DNA of 64,000 nucleotides, from positions 92,976-156,975 of IMG/VR virus record IMGVR_UViG_3300027976_000006, one strand, 5' to 3'. The position numbers were made by a program, and so were the translations under genes. The DNA comes from a virus. This document shows, piece by piece, positions 9,270-17,461 of the stretch. Position 1 is the stretch's first letter; each line of letters begins with the position of its first letter. The notes beneath the pieces are model-generated. The model had not been told where the DNA came from. It saw only the letters and a list, made by a program, of their open reading frames with translations, and made no database searches.

Positions 9270-12200
9270 ATGTTGAACACAACCGTTGGGCAATTGTTGA
9301 TTAATGATGTACTCCCCGAAGAGATGAGAGACTCGCACCGTGTGTTAGATAAGAAGGGGTTGCAATCTTTATTACAACAAGTGGCGCAACAATACCCAGA
9401 ACGCTATCGAGATATTTCTTTTCAGCTAAGCCAGCTAGGTCAAAGCATGGCGCAGCAGCAGGGTGGTATGTCGTTTGGTCTGCGACATCTGCAAGTAAGT
9501 AAAGCGGCTATGGCATCTCGGCAGAAAGTTAAAGTTTCACTTGCTAATATACTAGCGGACGACACATTGACGGACCGCCAACGAAATGACCAGATTATTC
9601 TTGCTGTTGGCAAGGAAAGTCCCGAGCAACAAAAGCAAGTTCTGGCAGAAGCATTAAAAGACAAAAACCCGCTTGGGCTGCAGGTGATGTCGGGAACCCG
9701 CGGTAAGTCGATGAACCTAACTAGTCTGCTGGGTTCGGATATGTTGTATTCTGACCAGCGTGACGAAGTGATTCCGATTCCTGTATTGCACAGTTATAGC
9801 GAGGGGTTGTCACCTGCGGAATATTGGGCTGGAACTTACGGGGCGCGCAAAGGGATTATGGCAACTAAGTTTGCCACACAAGAAGCTGGTTTTTTTAACA
9901 AGCAGCTAAACCAAACTAGTCATCGTCTTGTGGTTACGGGAGAGGATGCCGAGGAGGACAAAGACGCACCTATTCGTGGCTTGGTGGTAGACACCGAAGA
10001 TGCGGATAACGAAGGTGCTTTATTGGCCCGTGACGCAGGTCCTTACGCACGCAATACCCCACTTACCCCGAAAATACTAAACCATTTACAACGGCTAGGG
10101 CACCCTAGAATTTTGGTACGCTCCCCGCTAGTTGGTGGTTCTCCCGAGGGTGGTGTTTATTCTAGAGATGTAGGTATTAGGGAAACAGGAAGGTTGCCGG
10201 GTATTGGGGAGCAAGTTGGGTTGCAGGCTGCACACGCTCTAAGTGAACCGATCAGCCAAGGGCAACTATCTGCAAAGCATTCTGGTGGGGTTGCGGGGCA
10301 AGAAAAAGCTGTAAGCGGGTTTCAATATTTAAACCAATTAGTGCAGGTTCCTAAGAAAATGCAAGGCGGGGCAGCCCATTCCCTTACAGATGGCACGGTG
10401 CAGCGGATTGAGGCAGCTCCAGCGGGTGGTAGCTATGTGACCATCGGGGATAAAAGACATTATGTAGGAGTAGGGTATGAGCTTAAAGTTAAAAAAGGAG
10501 ACGAAGTAGAAGCTGGTGATGTAATTAGTACGGGGATTCCTAACCCCGCAACTATTACAGAGCATAAAGGAATTGGGGAAGGTCGGCGATATTTCGTTAA
10601 CGAATTTCGTAAGGCTATGGGTGACAGCGGAATGTTCGGACATCGGCGTAATGTTGAAGTGTTGGCAAGGGGGCTTATCAACCACGTAAGGTTGACGGAA
10701 GAAACTGACGATAACGTTCCTGATGATATTGTACCTTATTCAACGCTTGAGCACACTTATAAGCCGCGGGCAGACTATCAGCGATTAACGCCCAAGCGTG
10801 CGTTAGGTCAATATCTTGAACGACCTGTGCTGCATTACACCATAGGCACCAAGATTCAACCCTCGATGCTTAAGAATTTTGAAGAATTTAAAGTTAATGA
10901 AATTCCAGTGCACAAGAACCCTCCTCCATTTGTGCCACAGATGGTACGTGGGTTGTATCAAATGCAGCACGACCCCGATTGGATGACACAAATGTATGGG
11001 TCTGGGCTGAAGAAAAGTTTTTTAGACTCGGTTACGCATGGTGCAGTTAGCGAAGAGCGAGGTACAAGCTTTGTGCCGAGTTTGGCCTTGGGGCTTAATT
11101 TTGGTGAAGGCAGTGATCGTGCCGTAATAAAGCCGAAGTCTGGGGCAACTCCTCCTTTTTTTGGTGGCAGTTTTACTCCGGGTCAAACTAAATTTGCAGC
11201 AGATACTCCGAATGTCTCTGCCCCGCCTTCTGCTTCTAAACCGCCTGCTGTTTCTACCCCACCTAGAACTTTAGCTCCGGGCACAAACATTATGCCGACA
11301 GCACCGACACCTGTAAAAGCACCTACACCTGCTCCGACATACTCGAACTCTAACGCAAATCAATTTAGTAATTTAATGCATAGTAATTCTCCCTTTGCTC
11401 AACAAACCGGGCAGGCGTTGAATCAAATGAATCCATTACACGCAATGATGATGTTGGGGGGGATGGCTAATAATAATAATAATAATAATATGTCTAGTAA
11501 TATAATGAATGGGTTTGGCGGGCAAAATAATGGTGGAATGTTTAATATGTTTAATGGGGGGCAAAATAATAACGGGCAAAATAGCGGAGGAATGTTCAAT
11601 AATATGTTTAATATGCCCAGCTCGTACGATTCGGAATCTAACATGCCTGCTGAGCCTGTAACTGAAAGCCCATATGTCTCGGCTCAAGGTCCAGTAAGTA
11701 ATACTGCCTCTGGTGCTGCGTATGACACCGCAGCAAAGGGGGTAGGTGCGGGATATTCAGCAGTAGCAAATAAATTTTCAAGTCCTCCTATCTCATCTAA
11801 TATTATGCCTCCGCCGTTGCCTAGAACACCTCCTCCGATACCCGCTAAGCTTCCTCCGATACCCGGAATGACTCCTCCTCCGATACCAGGAATGACTCCT
11901 CTTCCGCTGCCTGGGGTTAAACCTCTGGCTGGTATGCTCAGTAAAGCCACTTCAATAGGTGGTACAGGTTTAAAGTTAGTAAGTAAAGCGGCACTGCCAC
12001 TATCTGTGGCTCTGGACACAATAAACGTCGGGCAAGACATATACAACAAAGGTTGGGATAATACAACTAACGACGCAGCACAAAAATGGCGAGATATACT
12101 TTCGGCCAAGGATGGGCTACATACCTTGTATCAAGCTCCATTACAAGTTCTAAACCCTGTGGCTAATGCACAATTAATTGCTGGCGGGGCAACACAGACT

Positions 12201-12890
12201 GCCCAGATGGTAGGAGAAAAAGCACAAGAAGGGCTAACCCATGCGTATGACAAAGTAACGGGTACGGATACTCGTTCTCGTAATTTTGCAGAGGACAAGA
12301 CACAAGTTAAAAACATGGAGTTAGAAAATCAAAGAGATTTAGAAGGACAAAGAGCACTAAATAAGCCGAATCCAAATCTACCCCCAGATAGGTTAGCTTT
12401 AAATACGCAAGAAAATGCCCGTCTTGATGCTAAAATACAAGATTCTAAAACGAGGCAAGGAAATACGGCGGATGAAACTGCAAACTGGAGGCTAGGCCAG
12501 CAAAATTGGTTTGGCAGTGGTGGCCACAAATTTAGGGATGCTATGCAAAATTCGATTACTAATTCAGCTGCCGAATTGCAGGGTTTAAATAACGGAGGCA
12601 CACTAGATGCAGGGCAGCAGGCTAGGAAAGAACAGTTAGAAAACGGACAAGCACAGCGTAAACAAATGATCGGTACTTACGATCGGGAGGGCGGGGCATC
12701 TGGTAAAGGTTTGTTTAGTACAGATATGCGCAACCGGGTTAGCAGTCTTAAGGAAAATATTGTGCAGGTCGGTTCACAACTTAGAGACCCCAACCTTCCT
12801 CCGGACCAAAAAGCAAAATTAGAGGCACAATTAAAAAATAATAATGAAATGTTAGAAGAATATCGAGGATGGGCAGAAAGTTCTAAATAA
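9270..12890 (+). CDS. rpoC: Phage RNA polymerase beta' C-terminal half (bridge helix, trigger loop) with a long C-terminal extension
   Basis: TTVGQLLIN, SGTRGK, bridge helix YSEGLSPAEYWAGTYGARKG, trigger loop GEQVGLQAAHALSEPISQGQLSAKHSGG, RRNVEVLARGL. RNAP similarity ends near aa 610-640; the rest is Pro/Asn-rich and then helical. Confidence 0.92.
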   Translation: MLNTTVGQLLINDVLPEEMRDSHRVLDKKGLQSLLQQVAQQYPERYRDISFQLSQLGQSMAQQQGGMSFGLRHLQVSKAAMASRQKVKVSLANILADDTLTDRQRNDQIILAVGKESPEQQKQVLAEALKDKNPLGLQVMSGTRGKSMNLTSLLGSDMLYSDQRDEVIPIPVLHSYSEGLSPAEYWAGTYGARKGIMATKFATQEAGFFNKQLNQTSHRLVVTGEDAEEDKDAPIRGLVVDTEDADNEGALLARDAGPYARNTPLTPKILNHLQRLGHPRILVRSPLVGGSPEGGVYSRDVGIRETGRLPGIGEQVGLQAAHALSEPISQGQLSAKHSGGVAGQEKAVSGFQYLNQLVQVPKKMQGGAAHSLTDGTVQRIEAAPAGGSYVTIGDKRHYVGVGYELKVKKGDEVEAGDVISTGIPNPATITEHKGIGEGRRYFVNEFRKAMGDSGMFGHRRNVEVLARGLINHVRLTEETDDNVPDDIVPYSTLEHTYKPRADYQRLTPKRALGQYLERPVLHYTIGTKIQPSMLKNFEEFKVNEIPVHKNPPPFVPQMVRGLYQMQHDPDWMTQMYGSGLKKSFLDSVTHGAVSEERGTSFVPSLALGLNFGEGSDRAVIKPKSGATPPFFGGSFTPGQTKFAADTPNVSAPPSASKPPAVSTPPRTLAPGTNIMPTAPTPVKAPTPAPTYSNSNANQFSNLMHSNSPFAQQTGQALNQMNPLHAMMMLGGMANNNNNNNMSSNIMNGFGGQNNGGMFNMFNGGQNNNGQNSGGMFNNMFNMPSSYDSESNMPAEPVTESPYVSAQGPVSNTASGAAYDTAAKGVGAGYSAVANKFSSPPISSNIMPPPLPRTPPPIPAKLPPIPGMTPPPIPGMTPLPLPGVKPLAGMLSKATSIGGTGLKLVSKAALPLSVALDTINVGQDIYNKGWDNTTNDAAQKWRDILSAKDGLHTLYQAPLQVLNPVANAQLIAGGATQTAQMVGEKAQEGLTHAYDKVTGTDTRSRNFAEDKTQVKNMELENQRDLEGQRALNKPNPNLPPDRLALNTQENARLDAKIQDSKTRQGNTADETANWRLGQQNWFGSGGHKFRDAMQNSITNSAAELQGLNNGGTLDAGQQARKEQLENGQAQRKQMIGTYDREGGASGKGLFSTDMRNRVSSLKENIVQVGSQLRDPNLPPDQKAKLEAQLKNNNEMLEEYRGWAESSK
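11469..11615 (+). repeat. (AAT)7 and GGQNN/MFN low-complexity coding repeats
   Basis: Encodes NNNNNNN and repeated GGQNN and GGMFN units. Confidence 0.85.
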
Positions 12891-12980
12891 TATTAATAAG
12901 GTGTTTGTATTGCGGTATAAGCCACTATATGGCTAAACTACTTTAATAACTTTAAGCTTCAGATAACTTAGGAGGACTCT

Positions 12981-13250
12981 ATGGGGAATAAACCGCTGCT
13001 TGGCGGGCTTGACATAAAGTATGCTGCCGCATATCTGCTGCCCCCATCTACCTCGGAGTTCGGTGAAGATAAAAAGAAAAAGAAAAAGAAAATACAAGCA
13101 GAGGACGAGGGTGCTGCTGTGGAGAAAATGGCAGCCACCTACGGGGATGCCATTGTTGGCGCACGCTTATCCTTGGTTAGACAGCAGATGCGTTCTGGCG
13201 ATCTAGGCGGCGGGTGGCATCCAGATAATCAAATTAATCCGATTAAGTAG
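12981..13250 (+). CDS. Small protein with a poly-Lys tract
   Basis: AGGAGG upstream; K7 tract between IKYAA and EKMAA. Confidence 0.7.
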   Translation: MGNKPLLGGLDIKYAAAYLLPPSTSEFGEDKKKKKKKIQAEDEGAAVEKMAATYGDAIVGARLSLVRQQMRSGDLGGGWHPDNQINPIK

Positions 13251-13270
13251 CACAATCAAGGAATGTCCTT

Positions 13271-15745
13271 ATGGAAATGCCTAAGCAGAGTAATTCAATA
13301 AAGAACGCCAGCATAGGCGGTAAAGGCGGGGAGACGGAATTTGCCCAGGCTTTTTCCAGCTTAGCCTATGCATACCTAAAAGACAAGGCACCACGACTTC
13401 TTGACTATATGTTGGGTTTTCAGCTAATTGATCGCAATGAAGATAATACTAAAGCAGTTGGTGTTTTTGGTTTCCAGCTCGACAAACAGTGGCTTTATGC
13501 CCCTGTATTTTTTTTAAACGGCGATTTAAAAGGGCATGAGTTGCTATACGTAAAAAACAATGATTCATTTGTTCCGATGAAAGAAAACTGGATTAACTAT
13601 CTGATGAGTCGAAAGCCTCATATTTTAGGCGAACCTTCAGTAAACAAATTGCAAGAGCTTGGTGGGATTGCTCCTGACATTAATTCGTTGTCCTTGTCAC
13701 CTACCGGCAACAAGAACGCAAGTGACATATATTGGCTTCGTCCAGTGCTACCCATGCTGGCAGCTTTTAAAGTAAAACTTGCTAACTCCTTGTATCGAGG
13801 AGCGGGCAATCGGCAGCTTGATCAAAAGGCGATTGTTCGATCGCCATTTACGGCTGCATTAGCCAAGACTGCTTCAAATCTGGATTTTAACCAAGTTCTG
13901 CCTAAAAGTCTCTTACTGCTTGAAGCTGCCTATGACTTAGCCGAGCGGTACCCTGCCATCAAAAAAGCTACTTGTGATTTTTACGGAGCTAACTGTTTTT
14001 CACGCTGGGGGAAAGAATTTAGAAGCAATACGATCAAGCAAGCTAGCAGCATTCTTTATTCACCTACCACGGTCACACTTACATCTACTAATTTGTTAAG
14101 CGGGGCAGCACAATCGAGGCCTACCATCGATCACATTAAAGAAGGCAAGCTACAAGTCGTTACTTCCGTAACTTCGGATCAAGGCGGGCTGGATACTAAA
14201 GACCAAGAGAACTTATTGCAGGGCAAGATAGTTATTAAGGATAGGCGAGAAGATGCAGAAGTAAGTAAAGTCTATGCAACAGAAAACGAGATTAGACTTT
14301 TCAATCCTTCTGAAACCGAACTGTACTCTGTACTGGAGAAGTCTGGAGAATTTAGCAAAATGCTGGTGGTGTTAAACGGGATTAGCAGCCGCGGCGCTGA
14401 ATATATGACCACAGTAATACGCATAGACGATAAGGATAGTCAGAACAAAAGTTGGTTAAACGCAGACAATACGGCAGTTTTTGCTACGCAAGTTTCCATG
14501 GACAAAAATGATTGGAAAGATTGGTTCGATGGTTTATCCTCCGAGACTGACTTAGCCGAGGAGGCTGAATATATTGCGATAAACGCCACCCATTCCGCCA
14601 CTGCTCCTTTTCATGTACTCACCGATATGGGAGATGGGCAATATAAAGTAGATTTTCGCATAAGTAAAGATTATCTATCTTCTCGTGACTCGCTGCTGCC
14701 ACAGGTACAATCGCGCTACGCTAGCGGGGGCGACAACCGCACTCGCGGTGTGACTCTAATTGTGGGTAAACAGGATAAACCAGGGCTTAGACTTCGACCC
14801 CTGTCCAGCGAACTGTGCGTGCCTGCATCTTTTAAATTTATTAAACTGTCTGATGGTTCTTCCTCTGGCTTTTTTGGTAGTTGCGGTTGTTCTCCTTTGG
14901 ACGAAGATTCAAACCCAATTAAGTTAGGTAGCTTAAGCGACATTCAACGATTGCTGGTTGAAAAAACAGCCAGGCTTAAAGTGTTCAATAACGGAACTGA
15001 CGTCTACCTGGATTCGGTTATTGGCTCTGTGCAGTTAAGTAAAAAGGCAGCATTATGCCAGCTGGTCGCCACACATGGCCTACGCGAAAAAGCAGCCATG
15101 GACATGCTGAAAAAAGCGGAGCAGAAAGGACATGCTGTTTATCGTGTTCGATATGCCCCAGGTTATGGGGCCGAAAAGCAAGCTGCTCCAAATACCAGTG
15201 TGCTAGCTGGTGGCCCTACTTTCCCGCTTGATACTGAATCAAATAACGATGGTAGTGAGACTTATGGCCCTAGCACTTCTGTCCGAACCCAGACTAGTAC
15301 GGAAAAAACTTCGCCCATACCTTCATTAAGCGGGCGTAACACAAATAGGTCCAAGTGGGACAACTGGCAAAACTTCGAGGCTAAGGATTTTAAGCAAAAT
15401 CTGCAGGCGGCACAAGTCGCGGGCAAGGAAGGGCAGAAAGAAGTGTTTGATGTTTCGATGATGGCTGGTATGTTAAAAACAGTGCGACAAGATTCAATTG
15501 TAGACCGCCACTTAGGTGATTTAATGTCGGCGTTAGATTCGCTAGGTCGTTTGATAATGAATTTCTACTGGCACCAGGAAGAATTTGAAGATCGGTATGG
15601 CAAAAGTGATCTTCCGGAGTTGGAAGATAGTTTGCGTAACGCTTTTGAATCTCTTGGGGATATCACACTTTTCTTAAAAGAAAAAACCATAGAATCGTCG
15701 GCGGATAAAGGTGATATTAACTTAGATGAAGTTTCAAGGAACTAA
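13271..15745 (+). CDS. Large hypothetical head-region protein
   Basis: 824 aa; KNAS (twice), KLAN, KTAS, KQAS, EKTA and EKQAA motifs; no family recognised. Confidence 0.8.
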   Translation: MEMPKQSNSIKNASIGGKGGETEFAQAFSSLAYAYLKDKAPRLLDYMLGFQLIDRNEDNTKAVGVFGFQLDKQWLYAPVFFLNGDLKGHELLYVKNNDSFVPMKENWINYLMSRKPHILGEPSVNKLQELGGIAPDINSLSLSPTGNKNASDIYWLRPVLPMLAAFKVKLANSLYRGAGNRQLDQKAIVRSPFTAALAKTASNLDFNQVLPKSLLLLEAAYDLAERYPAIKKATCDFYGANCFSRWGKEFRSNTIKQASSILYSPTTVTLTSTNLLSGAAQSRPTIDHIKEGKLQVVTSVTSDQGGLDTKDQENLLQGKIVIKDRREDAEVSKVYATENEIRLFNPSETELYSVLEKSGEFSKMLVVLNGISSRGAEYMTTVIRIDDKDSQNKSWLNADNTAVFATQVSMDKNDWKDWFDGLSSETDLAEEAEYIAINATHSATAPFHVLTDMGDGQYKVDFRISKDYLSSRDSLLPQVQSRYASGGDNRTRGVTLIVGKQDKPGLRLRPLSSELCVPASFKFIKLSDGSSSGFFGSCGCSPLDEDSNPIKLGSLSDIQRLLVEKTARLKVFNNGTDVYLDSVIGSVQLSKKAALCQLVATHGLREKAAMDMLKKAEQKGHAVYRVRYAPGYGAEKQAAPNTSVLAGGPTFPLDTESNNDGSETYGPSTSVRTQTSTEKTSPIPSLSGRNTNRSKWDNWQNFEAKDFKQNLQAAQVAGKEGQKEVFDVSMMAGMLKTVRQDSIVDRHLGDLMSALDSLGRLIMNFYWHQEEFEDRYGKSDLPELEDSLRNAFESLGDITLFLKEKTIESSADKGDINLDEVSRN

Positions 15746-15748
15746 ACT

Positions 15749-16432
15749 ATGTCTTCAGAATATTCTCGTGTTGTTGCGTTTTACGGTAGCTCCGCTGCCG
15801 TTACAAGCCTAGAACTTCCTGCTTTTACGAATGGATCGCTGGAGCGTGTTATTATTATTCAAACTAATCCTTCGGTGGCGGTTGGATCTGGTTCTTTTAA
15901 AATCTATGACCGCAAAGCTGCTTGTATAGGCTTGACTGATCTAAATGTAAAAGCTTCGGGGACTGTTTCGAGTGTATCGACTAGCTCTACCGGTGTAATC
16001 ACTTTAGTGTCTAACATTTCGCATAATTTAGGCATAGCTGATACATTTTTTATTAAGGATTGTGCAGATCCCGCATACAACCTTGACTATCAAGTTACGG
16101 CTATAAACTCCAACACTTCAGTGACGATTTCTCCTGTAGGGGGGACACCAGCTAATTCTTCGACAGCTAGTAGCGGAGTTTGGCAAACATACCCGTTCGA
16201 TGCCCGAACTTCTCCGGCTACTAACTTAATTTATTCTGGAACGATAACCGCTGGAGTTACTTTTCAACAGTTCAGCTTAGGGCGAGCTTATGAAAATAAA
16301 GATAACCAAGACATTAACCTACGGTGTCGGCACACGGGTCTTTGGTTGGAATTCACGCCCGCGACTCTATCGCCCGTAGCCACATTAAACTGGGAAATCG
16401 CTTACACCTGCAAAAAAAATAATGTCGATTAG
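15749..16432 (+). CDS. Beta-rich putative virion structural protein
   Basis: Ser/Thr-rich. The segment SHNLGIADTFFIKD...YNLDYQVTAI resembles the HGL..GD.V.I...YN...VT module common in phage structural proteins. Confidence 0.6.
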   Translation: MSSEYSRVVAFYGSSAAVTSLELPAFTNGSLERVIIIQTNPSVAVGSGSFKIYDRKAACIGLTDLNVKASGTVSSVSTSSTGVITLVSNISHNLGIADTFFIKDCADPAYNLDYQVTAINSNTSVTISPVGGTPANSSTASSGVWQTYPFDARTSPATNLIYSGTITAGVTFQQFSLGRAYENKDNQDINLRCRHTGLWLEFTPATLSPVATLNWEIAYTCKKNNVD

Positions 16433-16438
16433 GAGTCA

Positions 16439-17461
16439 TTGTTGAAAAGTTACAAGGATGTGCGTCTAGCTGACCCGTTTCTTCGCCCTTACTGGAGGCA
16501 CGAGCGTGTACTTCGCATGCTTCGCAGCGTTCCACCGGAGCGTTGTAAACGATTTGATGATCGCTGGATTCAAGAATATAAAAAGTTTTTGTTTTTTTGG
16601 AATAAAGGCGAAGCCCAGCGGGAACGACTTCTCTATGAAAATCCAGGCTTGTACTTCGCCTATAATTTATACGACAGGCTGGCGATTGAACCCGAGCTGA
16701 CCTTGATGATTGAAGCCAGGCTGTTAGCTGGGTCTTCTGTCCAAAGCATTGCTAATGACTGCAAGACCATACCAGAAACCATTGAATGGTACGAACGACT
16801 ATTTTTTAATGTGTCTGATTTCTTGACTCACCACGATTGGATCGTAAAAAATGTATTGTTGCCCGCGTCTGACCGTTTTGTAGAACAACTACCTCCGGAC
16901 AGTGCTGGGTCAACGCAGCCGGCTATGTCTTCTGGGCTAATGCGCACACAATTAGATTTACCTTTGAAATTCTTTGCGTATTTTGGTGGTCCTTTAGTTT
17001 GCGATGTCATGATTAGCGGGTTTCGACGCAACAATCATGTATTAACCTCAGATAATTTGTCTGAATTTTTTAACAATCAATTTGCACTTCAAGTGCAGCG
17101 GCGCAGTGCGCAAGCCGCAGGACAGTTTGAGGTCAACAAGTATAATGTATTGGAACTTCTTAACACGCATATCAGGTTGATGGAATTGCATAAATCCGGC
17201 AAGAGTCAAGAAGTGCGACATAACGAATTTGAAAAAAATGTAAGTGCAATGATGCTGGAAATTCCTTGGAGTGTAGGTAAAAACGGAGAACAGCTATATC
17301 AAGGAACCGCTGTTGGTAGGTACGATAAAGGGCCAGTTGAGTTGAATTCAGAAGAAGCTATTTTAATCGCCGCTGGAACTAACTTACCCGTACTGGAACA
17401 TGACGAAGGTATCGATGTTTACAAACGGGGGGAGACGGATACACATGCAACCATTGAATAA
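16439..17461 (+). CDS. Hypothetical protein with a possible helix-turn-helix
   Basis: AGGAG before a TTG start; IEARLLAGSSVQSIANDCKTIPETIEWYERLFF looks HTH-like. Confidence 0.65.
   Translation: MLKSYKDVRLADPFLRPYWRHERVLRMLRSVPPERCKRFDDRWIQEYKKFLFFWNKGEAQRERLLYENPGLYFAYNLYDRLAIEPELTLMIEARLLAGSSVQSIANDCKTIPETIEWYERLFFNVSDFLTHHDWIVKNVLLPASDRFVEQLPPDSAGSTQPAMSSGLMRTQLDLPLKFFAYFGGPLVCDVMISGFRRNNHVLTSDNLSEFFNNQFALQVQRRSAQAAGQFEVNKYNVLELLNTHIRLMELHKSGKSQEVRHNEFEKNVSAMMLEIPWSVGKNGEQLYQGTAVGRYDKGPVELNSEEAILIAAGTNLPVLEHDEGIDVYKRGETDTHATIE

Noticed and set aside
3121-12890. Host chromosomal rpoBC operon, or a frameshifted rpoC pseudogene
   Set aside because: No ribosomal-protein context and strong divergence. 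The two parts are clean ORFs separated by three genes, catalytic motifs are intact, and the neighbours are phage genes.
13271-15745. Portal or terminase assignment
   Set aside because: No Walker or nuclease motifs and no recognisable portal features. These genes probably lie outside the window.
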